Source of the DNA: Octopus bimaculoides
Taxonomy: Eukaryota
Length of the DNA stretch: 64,000 nt
Direction of reading: 5' to 3'
Assembly (NCBI RefSeq): GCF_001194135.2
Contig: NC_068984.1
Span: 29,279,821-29,343,820, forward strand
In this document: positions 14,407 to 25,169 of the stretch, one piece after another
Layout of the letters: each line of letters begins with the position of its first letter
How positions within the stretch are numbered: the stretch's first letter is position 1
Position numbers and translations under genes: made by a program
Notes under the pieces: generated by a model
The model's input: the letters and a program-made list of their open reading frames with translations, nothing else
What the model was told of the DNA's origin: nothing
Database searches by the model: none

Positions 14407-14458
<52 letters not shown>

Positions 14459-14525
14459 ATAATAATAATGATAACATCGAAAAATATCTTAGGAATGAGA
14501 ACCCAGGTTCGAAATTTCCCCAAGT

Positions 14526-14567
14526 CACCTGATGAAGTCTGGAGGGTATATCAGCCGAAACGTTGTG
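14526..14567 (+). ncRNA. Minimal type-I hammerhead ribozyme motif (right arm)
   Basis: Stem I CAC/GTG; core CUGAUGA (14529-14535) plus an extra A; stem II GUCUGG/UCAGCC with one mismatch; GAAA; palindromic stem III ACGU; cleavage triplet GUU. Confidence 0.65.
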
Positions 14568-14778
14568 TTAACAACAAATAAGATGAGGACAAATATCCGT
14601 CAAATGTAAATAATGTAAATAATGTATTAATTAATATCTTGTGTTATGTTTCATTAACAATGTCATTATGTATAAAACTTACAACTACTGATGTAGGTGT
14701 GACGCGAAAAAGATGAGATTTCACGGGATCATTCAGTATCGAGAGATTATGACGTTAGGATATGTTTTCGTTCTTCAG

Positions 14779-14837
14779 ATGTCTGCAGCTACCAACACGT
14801 CACAGGAGATTGAGCAGACAGTTCAAAAACTCTGGAG
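14779..14837 (+). CDS. Candidate 59-nt exon (MSAATNTSQEIEQTVQKLW(R) or CLQLPTRHRRLSRQFKNSG), product unknown
   Basis: Acceptor GTTTTCGTTCTTCAG| and donor GAG|GTTAGT; two frames open. No homology recognised. Confidence 0.25.
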
Positions 14838-15429
14838 GTTAGTCAAATAAAGTAATGACTCCAGAAAATTCTTTCACGATAATACGAGTATCAAATAAAA
14901 AGAAACAAATGAGCTCGACTTTTATCGCATAGGTGAACTAAAGAGGTAAAAAAAAAATATTGCTGAAAAGGCGCCAGTTTTGAAAAATATGCTTGGTGGG
15001 AGCAGTCAGTCCCTTGCCGACCCCGCCTTAGCTACACCACTGTACCCACATAAGGTTTCTAACAACTAAATTTCATTCACATGAAAGTCTAAAAAGAAAA
15101 TGCGCAAATCAGAGGTATCAACCATTTCGATCAAACTAATGTTTAATATTCTATTTGTTCCTATACGAAAACAATTTGTTTTGCATTTAATTCATATTTT
15201 CCTCTTCATCACATCATTTGAACTGGCTTCAAAGCTGTCTCGTGTTGGCTGATCATTAGACACCATTAGATACATTTTGTTTTATTTATTTATTTATTTT
15301 TGGTGAAGAGAACTTATAAAACACGCAATTTGATATCGTATTATAATTTTTGCTTGTTACTCAGTTAGCAAGTTAGCACGTGCGTTACGTTCTGTTGGAC
15401 AGTTAGCTCTAAAAATTAGTATTATTATT

Positions 15430-15600
15430 AAAGGCGACGAGTAGGCAGACTCGTTAGCAAACCGAACAACTTGTTCCGAATTGATGTTCTGCTTTCAAAT
15501 TCTGCCAAGGTCGACTTTACTTTCGATTCAATAAATAAGCAACAAGTGACCATTGGAGTTGATATAATCGACTAACTCCCTTTCCATAAAAATTTCTGTT
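15430..15600 (+). mobile_element. SINE family B, diverged
   Basis: GGCGACGAGTAGGCAGACTCGTTAGC head and CAAATTCTGCCAAGGTCGACTTTAC core. Confidence 0.75.
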
Positions 15601-15774
15601 ATTATTATTATTATTATTTTTTTTTTTTCTTTTGCTTTTAATAGAAATGATTATTATATCCTCGTAGCATGGTGGTTATTTGCCTCTGAAACAAGTAAGG
15701 TGGCTGATTGAAGAAGAAATTAAAATGTTTCCCAATTTGTTTCGTTAACACCGGCCTATGTTGCCGTCATTATA

Positions 15775-15901
15775 CAGGATGTACACAAAGTTTGGGTACA
15801 TGGAGCAAATAAAATCATAACATAAACAATTAAATATAAGAGATAGTAATTTCTTAGAGTATGTGTTAATCCCCATGTACCCAGACTTTGTGGACACCCT
15901 G
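15775..15901. mobile_element. Tc1/mariner-type MITE, 127 bp
   Basis: 29-bp TIRs CAGGATGTACACAAAGTTTGGGTACATGG and CAGGGTGTCCACAAAGTCTGGGTACATGG (26/29), flanked by TA on both sides. Confidence 0.93.
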
Positions 15902-16069
15902 TATAATTGATGCGTATATCTTATTGTTGTTGTTTAGCCAGAATACTGCCTTGATCGAGTAAACCAATGATCAAACGTTTTCAAGACGTGACCATCCTTG
16001 TGTAGCAGGGCCTAAATTGTTTACTGAAGTACATTGATGTAGATACGTAAGCATAATCTGGTGAATTGT

Positions 16070-16240
16070 TATAACGTGGGTAACAATGCCGTGTGGTGTT
16101 TATTTACAGCGCTTTACGTTTTGTGCTCAAATCCTGCCGTGGTCAGCTTGCCTTTAATCTTCTGGAGCCGATAAAATAAGTTCTTTTTGTACGTCGGAAT
16201 CGATATAATCAAATATTCTGCTCCTTCAACACTTCAAAAA
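16070..16240 (+). mobile_element. SINE family B, degenerate
   Basis: GCTCAAATCCTGCCGTGGTCAGCTTGCCTTT core. Confidence 0.6.
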
Positions 16241-16359
16241 ATCAATAAGATTGATCACTTATTAATAGAAACTTCCGATCAAATGGGTGAAGTAATTGAC
16301 TCTATTTATCTGCAGTAATCTGTGACGATATAAATAGTAATATTGATTTCTTACATAGG

Positions 16360-16745
16360 AACTAAATATCAAGTTTGGGAAAGGAGTTAATCGATACCAT
16401 TGACCCTAGTACTTGCAGGTACTTTCTTTTATCGAACCCGAAAGGATGAAGAGTAACGTCGGTGGGATTTCGACTCAGAACGTCGAGATCCGGAATAAAT
16501 ACTGCAATGTAGCTTGTCTGACACCCTAATGATACCGGAAGTAATATTGGTTTCAAATTTCAGTACAAGGCTAGCAATTTCGGGGTCGATTACATCGACC
16601 ACAGTGCTCAACTGGTATTCATTTTATCGACCTGAAATGATGAAAATCAACCTCGGTAGAATTTGCACTCAGAACGTAAAGACGGACGAAATACCGCTAA
16701 GCATTTTTCTCGGCGTTCAAACGATTCCGCCAGCCCGCCGCCTTA
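16360..16745 (-). mobile_element. Two tandem SINE family B copies
   Basis: Two repeats of the CGACC..AGT.CT..ACTGGTA..TTTATCGA..CCGAAAGGATGA..GAACTCAGAACGT body. Confidence 0.85.
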
Positions 16746-16799
16746 ATTCCGGAAGTAATATTGTTCATCATATGTAAATGTAGACACGTGAAGTGCACA

Positions 16800-16912
<113 letters not shown>

Positions 16913-17722
16913 CTTATATCTATGAGCGTTGATATTTGACTGTTTGTCTCTAAACAATACTGCGGATCCTCAACAATTATTGATCAAAATTTGCATACAT
17001 CTCTAAACTGCTCTCTCAATAATGCACGAAAGGAAAAAAAGTCGTATTGAAGGTCTCCCTGGGGAAATATCTGTACATTTGTAATGCGTATTCTCAACTG
17101 AACAAACATACAATTGTATTATATATATACCTACGAGTTCGACAAGCTATCAGTATGACAGCAACAGTTGATAGATATAATTATATGTACATAGTCTTTT
17201 TCGATTTCTGATTTTCAATGAACACATCATTACGAATACGATTGTTCTTTAATAGTTAGAAACTAAAGTTTAATAACTTGCAAAGAAATTTAGCGATTTA
17301 AGTTTAACTAAATGCAAAAACAACAAAAACTAAAAACAAACAGCTTCCCACTCGTCTGGCAAACCGGAAAATGCTGTGCATATATAGAAATCAAAATTCA
17401 GTTCAATGCTTATTTCCCGACTCAATTTTTTCATAACTTTCTTAATGCATACTTTTTTAATGAAATTTTGCCTATTCAAACGTGCTCCCTAACAGTTTTG
17501 TTCAGTCACGAATTTCTTAATAATGTATATTTTTATAACATTTATCCGATATACATTCTTGAAGGCGTAAATCACGATTACGTTAATGAAAATTTTAAAA
17601 AGAATCATTTTTGTTTCAATGCAGAAAAGAAAAACAACAGTAAAACAATCCAGAGCTTTTTAATCATTGCAACTCTACTGAAATATAAATACAGAGCAAC
17701 AATGTTTACTACTCTATATTTT

Positions 17723-17753
<31 letters not shown>

Positions 17754-19851
17754 TATATATATATAATAAAGTAAAGTTGTGGAATACCGTACGAGTGGAA
17801 ATATATATGAAAGAAGGTTTGAAAATGCACTTATTTTAAAGATATTTATTTACTTAACCGGTTTGACTTTTTTAGAAATGTGTTTGAATTGTCCTTGTGG
17901 TGCGTGTGTGTGTGTGTNNNNNNNNNNNNNNNNNNNNNNNNNNNNNNNNNNNNNNNNNNNNNNNNNNNNNNNNNNNNNNNNNNNNNNNNNNNNNNNNNNN
18001 NNNNNNNNNNNNNNNNNNNNNNNNNNNNNNNNNNNNNNNNNNNNNNNNNNNNNNNNNNNNNNNNNNNNNNNNNNNNNNNNNNNNNNNNNNNNNNNNNNNN
18101 NNNNNNNNNNNNNNNNNNNNNNNNNNNNNNNNNNNNNNNNNNNNNNNNNNNNNNNNNNNNNNNNNNNNNNNNNNNNNNNNNNNNNNNNNNNNNNNNNNNN
18201 NNNNNNNNNNNNNNNNNNNNNNNNNNNNNNNNNNNNNNNNNNNNNNNNNNNNNNNNNNNNNNNNNNNNNNNNNNNNNNNNNNNNNNNNNNNNNNNNNNNN
18301 NNNNNNNNNNNNNNNNNNNNNNNNNNNNNNNNNNNNNNNNNNNNNNNNNNNNNNNNNNNNNNNNNNNNNNNNNNNNNNNNNNNNNNNNNNNNNNNNNNNN
18401 NNNNNNNNNNNNNNNNNNNNNNNNNATGTGTGTGTACATATGTATGCAAATATGCGTGTGTGAATATGATTTGTGGTTGCCGGAGTGGTGTGTAGGTGTG
18501 TGCATGTACCTGTTTACTTATGTGTGTATGGGTGTTGGTTGTGGTTGCTACAATTGTATTGTAAGTGTATATATGCGTGTGTTAAACGCACTCACGCACA
18601 CACACGAACAAACACATATACACATACACACACATGCGCACACACAACGCCCTAACAAATATTAATCACACACATACACACTCACACAAACGTGCACACA
18701 CATACATACACCATCCTACCATAGATAAAACACACACACACTCTCATACACATGCCACACACGCACACATACAGACATACACATACATATGAACCATCAC
18801 ACACATACAGTTGCTTACACACAGACACACACACACACGCACACACACACACACACACACACACNNNNNNNNNNNNNNNNNNNNNNNNNNNNNNNNNNNN
18901 NNNNNNNNNNNNNNNNNNNNNNNNNNNNNNNNNNNNNNNNNNNNNNNNNNNNNNNNNNNNNNNNNNNNNNNNNNNNNNNNNNNNNNNNNNNNNNNNNNNN
19001 NNNNNNNNNNNNNNNNNNNNNNNNNNNNNNNNNNNNNNNNNNNNNNNNNNNNNNNNNNNNNNNNNNNNNNNNNNNNNNNNNNNNNNNNNNNNNNNNNNNN
19101 NNNNNNNNNNNNNNNNNNNNNNNNNNNNNNNNNNNNNNNNNNNNNNNNNNNNNNNNNNNNNNNNNNNNNNNNNNNNNNNNNNNNNNNNNNNNNNNNNNNN
19201 NNNNNNNNNNNNNNNNNNNNNNNNNNNNNNNNNNNNNNNNNNNNNNNNNNNNNNNNNNNNNNNNNNNNNNNNNNNNNNNNNNNNNNNNNNNNNNNNNNNN
19301 NNNNNNNNNNNNNNNNNNNNNNNNNNNNNNNNNNNNNNNNNNNNNNNNNNNNNNNNNNNNNNNNNNNNNNNNNNNNNNNNNNNNNNNNNNNNNNNNNNNN
19401 NNNNNNNNNNNNNNNNNNNNNNNNNNNNNNNNNNNNNNNNNNNNNNNNNNNNNNNNNNNNNNNNNNNNNNNNNNNNNNNNNNNNNNNNNNNNNNNNNNNN
19501 NNNNNNNNNNNNNNNNNNNNNNNNNNNNNNNNNNNNNNNNNNNNNNNNNNNNNNNNNNNNNNNNNNNNNNNNNNNNNNNNNNNNNNNNNNNNNNNNNNNN
19601 NNNNNNNNNNNNNNNNNNNNNNNNNNNNNNNNNNNNNNNNNNNNNNNNNNNNNNNNNNNNNNNNNNNNNNNNNNNNNNNNNNNNNNNNNNNNNNNNNNNN
19701 NNNNNNNNNNNNNNNNNNNNNNNNNNNNNNNNNNNNNNNNNNNNNNNNNNNNNNNNNNNNNNNNNNNNNNNNNNNNNNNNNNNNNNNNNNNNNNNNNNNN
19801 NNNNNNNNNNNNNNNNNNNNNNNNNNNNNNNNNNNNNNNNNNNNNNNNNNN

Positions 19852-19893
<42 letters not shown>

Positions 19894-20159
19894 TATATAG
19901 GGGCATTACTATACAATAACGCCTCACGCTAAGAGGGACCCCAGAAGTCAAACTGCTATAATAAGCACATTTTTACCGATCGCGAGGGAATGCAACTCTC
20001 AATGTTAACCTCCTAAAAACTTTTAACGTAACGGTAAACCAATGGTTTCATAATCAACACAGTAACCTGCATCTTTTATGCATCAGTACACGTATGGTCA
20101 AGACACATAAAAATAAACATAAATCAATATACTCGACGAACACTCCATTTATTCAGCAT

Positions 20160-20514
20160 ATTGTTGTTGTTGTTGTTGTTGGCACTCCGTCACTTACGAC
20201 GTCGAGGGCTCCAGTTGATCCAATCAACGGAACAACCTGTCCGTGAAATTAACGTGCAAGTAGCTGAGCACTCCACAGACACGTGTAGCCTTAACGTAGT
20301 CCTCGGGGATATTCAGCGTGACACAGTGTGACAAGGCTGACCCTTTGAATTACAGGCACAACAGAAACAGGAAGTAATAGTGAGAGAAAGTTGTGGTGAA
20401 AGAGTACAGCAGGGTTCACCACCATCCCCTGCTGGAGCCTCGTGGAGCTTTAGGTGTTTTCACTCAATAAACACTCACAACGCCCGGTCTGATAATCGAA
20501 ACCGCGATCCTATG
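20160..20514 (-). mobile_element. SINE family C, head lost in the adjacent gap
   Basis: Closely matches 33337-33723 along its length; (AAC)n tail at 20160-20180. Confidence 0.92.
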
Positions 20515-22039
20515 NNNNNNNNNNNNNNNNNNNNNNNNNNNNNNNNNNNNNNNNNNNNNNNNNNNNNNNNNNNNNNNNNNNNNNNNNNNNNNNNNNNNNN
20601 NNNNNNNNNNNNNNNNNNNNNNNNNNNNNNNNNNNNNNNNNNNNNNNNNNNNNNNNNNNNNNNNNNNNNNNNNNNNNNNNNNNNNNNNNNNNNNNNNNNN
20701 NNNNNNNNNNNNNNNNNNNNNNNNNNNNNNNNNNNNNNNNNNNNNNNNNNNNNNNNNNNNNNNNNNNNNNNNNNNNNNNNNNNNNNNNNNNNNNNNNNNN
20801 NNNNNNNNNNNNNNNNNNNNNNTATATATATATATATATCTTCATATGGTGCTATATGTAAATTCTAATTGAACTTTATGTTGACACTGTTTTTGCAAAC
20901 TGTTGATGAAATGTCAAATGTTAGGTTTCCAAGTCTGCCCCAAACGATTACTCCTTAAACAAATTCAAAGAAGAGAGCAATGAGTTGAATTGTTGAGGAA
21001 TACAAAAACTCAAGAATTTCTATCGCTTCTCTTCGTCTGAGAATGAGAAAAAGAATGGAAGTGATACTGTCATTTTGGCTGTAAGCATGAACTTTAGATC
21101 CTATCCCGAACATAGTGAACGAACAGTATGGATGAAATGTCTGTTGTTGCTATAGAAATAGGAAACTTGATGTCCTGTTACTTATTAACTATGTATTTGC
21201 TTTTTTGTTTGAGTAGACACTTTATTTTATGTGTATTACTCCACTCGACTGTCAATTATAGATAGCAGATTTATTGGACGGAATGACGTGACTGAAAAAT
21301 CAAAGACAAAATGGATAAAGGATTGCTAATACCATTCTTACATACATACATACATACCATTATATCTGTGTGCGTGCGTGCGTGCGTGTGTGTGAGAGTG
21401 TGTGTGTGTGTGTGTGTGTGTGTGAGTGTGTGTGTGTGTGTGTATGTGTATTAATTGATAAATACTTATGAGGAAACGTCAACTCCATCTGTACAGCGGT
21501 GATTTGTATGAATGTTGGGATTTCTGGAGACATAACATCATAAGTCGCTTAGCTGATAACATAACGTCTCATCACTTTGCACAATTATAGACAGTTCTTG
21601 CTTTTATTATGAATACTAAATGAAAAACGAAGAGCAATTATATATATGCTCATTCATGCGATGCGTGAAACTGTTCATTTCCCTAATATACTGAGTCAGC
21701 AAAATGCTTCCGATTCTATATTGATATTTTCGCTGTACACAGCCACAAATGTCTTAGGAAACGGAAAGGACTTTTAACGCTGCATTTCTTCCAACGCCTA
21801 CGGCCACTCGGCCTACTATAGTTTGGGCGGTTGAATTTATCCATCACATGGGTATCTGTAGGTTAAATTAATCCATTACACTAGGTAGTAATACAGCTAT
21901 TAACTATTCGTAGAAAGCCTTCGATTTCAGAATAGCTCCATGTATTTGGAGGACGTGCAATGAAAATTATGGGTATTACTTGTCCTCTTCTCACCAAACA
22001 ATGGAAAGAATATAAATAGGGTTTTCTGAGGAACTTTAT

Positions 22040-22400
22040 ATATTATTCGGAGTGATGTTCTCACCTTGGTTGTTGTTTTCACTACGTTTGGGATGTGTAC
22101 ACTCCAGGTTTTTTCGGGCGTCATGTGATTAACATTAGTACCTTGCCTGAGATTGAACCTGTAGATGACTGCACTGCATTAACTAGCGTCTTTATCCCTT
22201 CATCCACTACACCGTGCCCGTAATCAGTGTCACAGTGAATTTTTAACGTTTATAAACCTTCATTGATGTGTTATGTCAATCCCAGGCAATGCACTATGCT
22301 CAATTACAAGACACCTGAAGAAGACTGGAGCGTACAGAGCCGAAACGTAGTGAAAGTGACAATCAATATGAGGACACCACTCGAACTAATACATAATATG
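22040..22400. mobile_element. Older head-to-head palindromic element of a second family: tRNA-like head plus hammerhead-bearing tail
   Basis: The reverse complement of 22040-22165 aligns to 22277-22400 at roughly 70% by eye. A tRNA-like head lies on the minus strand at about 22140-22220 (CGGTGTAGTGG A box, GGTTCAATCTC B box). Confidence 0.78.
22312..22352 (+). ncRNA. Minimal type-I hammerhead motif with a decayed stem II
   Basis: CAC CTGAAGA A GACTGG AGCGTACA GAGCC GAAAC GTA GTG: same stem I and ACGT stem III as 14526-14567, cleavage triplet GUA. Confidence 0.55.
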
Positions 22401-22544
22401 TAACTAGATTTTGCTTATCGTTAAATACTAAAGAGCTTAAATATCCATGAATATAATGACCGAACGATGTTGGTCCACCACAAAGAAATATTGCTTTATA
22501 TGTGTCCATACCCACCAGAAAACGACAGACCGGACAACTGTGTA

Positions 22545-22690
22545 TCAAGACGGCGAATTAGCGGAGTCGTTAAGGAGTCGAATAGAAAACTTTACGACAT
22601 TTATTTCAAATTGCTGTTCTCTGTGTGTTCCCATTACGCCGGGGTCGACTTTGCTTTTTATCTTTTCGGACTGGATAAAAAAAGGTTCTA
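22545..22690 (+). mobile_element. SINE family B, partial
   Basis: GACGGCGAATTAGCGGAGTCGTT head and GCCGGGGTCGACTTTGCTTTTTATC core. Confidence 0.7.
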
Positions 22691-22818
22691 GCCTAGAGCG
22701 GTGGATTAGCGGACTGTAAGAAGGATGGGCCGGATTCCTTGGACGATTTTATTGTGATCTTCAGTATTCTCTTGTCGTAATATACTATATATATATTTAG
22801 CCCGGGTGACGCATTTAG

Positions 22819-22917
22819 ATATCCTGAAGCCAGAAACCAGACGAGAATGGCTACAACAGAACAGGTGAAGCCTATTCTGTTGTAACCATTCAAGTCTGGC
22901 TTCTGGCTTCAGGATAT
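22819..22917. repeat. 99-bp near-perfect inverted repeat (hairpin)
   Basis: ATATCCTGAAGCCAGAAACCAGACGAGAATGGCTACAACAGAA pairs with TTCTGTTGTAACCATTCAAGTCTGGCTTCTGGCTTCAGGATAT (4 mismatches); inner AGG/CCT closes a 5-nt loop. Confidence 0.95.
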
Positions 22918-22991
22918 TTTTTTTCTTTCTCACCCGTTTCAGTGGCATTATTACAGGTCACGAAGAGTCACTTCTTTCCCGACTACATATA

Positions 22992-23514
22992 CAGTAATGC
23001 CTCAATGTACTAGTTAATTTCTTCCGGAGACTGTTCGTAAAGCGAAAACTCGTAAAGCAGAGCAATAATTTCCCCATAGTAGCAATGCTATATATTGTAA
23101 TTCGTTCCCAGAAAAAATATTTTACCAACAAAATTTATAATACTCGTAAATAAATGGCAATAAAACAACAGTAGAATGTAAAGAATATTTTAGGTAAAGT
23201 GAAAAGAATGTCAAGATCATTTATAATAAAAAATATCATTATTATAATTGTTTTATGAATCACTTTCACTTGCACAAGACTCGTGCACACCATCACTTAT
23301 AGATGCGATCGTAGACAGACAGGTAGATTTCTTTTTAAAAAACAAGTCTAGAGTCGTTTGATTAGAAGAAGCTTTTTTTTTTCGTTCTCATTAATTTTTC
23401 CGGTGACATTTGTTATGGTAATAGAAACTTGTTATGCTTTTATGTTTATTATAAAATAAAACTCGTAAACCTGAGGTCTCGTAAAGCGGATGCTCGTAAA
23501 TTGAAGCATTTCTA
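22992..23514. mobile_element. Tigger/pogo-like non-autonomous element with a decayed right TIR
   Basis: TA|CAGTAATGCCTCAA start; repeated subterminal CTCGTAAA motifs at both ends; right end CGTAAATTGAAGCATT partly complements the left. Confidence 0.6.
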
Positions 23515-24178
23515 TCCCCCTCCCCCTCCCTCCCTACTACCTACCTACCTACCTACCTACCTACATATATGCATACGTACTAGCATACCATCATTGCTAT
23601 TATGTTAAACTGTTGTATGTCCAAATTTGGCCAAATGCGTTTTTTTGTTTTCAAAATTTATTTTTGCTTGCTATAGCCGGTTCTTTTGGCCAAACTATCG
23701 CATCTCCAGCTGCTCAGATGCTAAGATATCAAAAATTGTCATAGTGTAGTACAACGATTTTGCTATGAAATGGTGAAACTATTTTTTCGGTTTCTGAAAA
23801 AGCAACATTTTGGACTTACGACATTTTACATAATAGCAACGATATATTTTTTGCTGAATCAGCCATTGATTCATATGGTAAATGCTGGTATCTAGCTGGG
23901 ATCTAGCCAAACTATCAGAGATGGAGTAGTCAAGACTGATGAGCTAAGCGATACTAGCTAGATAATATAGGGACCTCGCTTGCTGTTGGGCAGTTATCTT
24001 CACTGTCAGTGCATAGACATGTACTTCTTTGCGGCTATAAGGGTCTTCGACTCTTGTTTCTAGCAATGTAGGTGCTAGCCCTCCTCGTCATTCACTATTA
24101 GTAACAACTGAAATTTTCCTTTTTGACTTTTTATTGCGTGTAGCCGCCTTCGTTATTTTATGCATACATGCATACATG

Positions 24179-24230
<52 letters not shown>

Positions 24231-24761
24231 TATATATAATAAATAACAACGGAAGCAGTATCAATTCTAAAAAGCAATCTTTATATCCAACTTAACGTGG
24301 ATGTTAAGGTGGACGTAGAGATTGCCTTATATATATGTGTGTGTGTGTGTGCGTGTGTGTGTATGTGTATGTGTGTGTGTGTGTGTGTGTGCGTGTGTGG
24401 GTGCGTGTGTCATAAATGAAAAATGCATTAAATTCTACAAAACGTACATGTATGGCACACAGAAAGACCCTAATTCTTCATCATTTGTTGACCAAAAATA
24501 CTAATACTCAGTTTCGTGCCTTCGTATATCGGCTGAACCCGCAAGGGTGGACGTACGAAAGTAAGCAAATGTGATTTGAAACGATAGACGAACATGAGAA
24601 TGATGGGTAACGCCTTAAGACAGGAGAAAATGTTGACCGGAAGGCTAAGTGTCCGGTAGCGAAAAAGTAGAGATGGAAGAATTAGTCACGGGTCACGTGT
24701 GGGTAGTAGATAGAAGGGAAGGAGGAGGATGAGAGAGAGAGAGAGAGATAGATAGATAGAT

Positions 24762-24854
<93 letters not shown>

Positions 24855-25169
24855 GAGAGAGAGGCAGATATAAAATGACAAGAGTACGCTCACAATGTGT
24901 GTATGTGTGTAGAAGATTGAGTAGAAGAAAGCTTTTTAATTTCATCTACACATGCATATTTAATTTGTGAAGACGAACAAGTTGTATGTGACAATTTCAC
25001 TCAGACAGTGTAAAATGTCTACATTTTCTTTGCATTACTCTATTTTTAGTTCTCTTTAAACTTTAGCTAGTGTTGATGTCTATGTGTAGCCCTAGGCAGG
25101 TCAATCTTGGACGGGCAAAGATTTATGATCAAAAATATCCCGTTTATGAGAATTCCGAATGTTTTAGAG

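Larger units (their letters stand above)
13803..14617. mobile_element. Head-to-head inverted pair of a tRNA-headed element whose tail carries a hammerhead motif; central part duplicated across a 10-N gap
   Basis: Outer arms 13803-13950 and 14468-14617 are reverse complements with only a few substitutions. Heads GGCG(T/C)AGTGGTTAAGAGCGCGGGCTACTAACCC..GAGTTCGATTCC face outward from a 9-nt spacer. An internal (TAA)n/(TAC)n separates head and tail. Confidence 0.92.

Noticed and set aside
23936-23960. CTGATGAG-CTAA-GC-GATAC hammerhead-like string
   Set aside because: GAAA is broken, stem II has only 2 bp, and stems I/III are absent.
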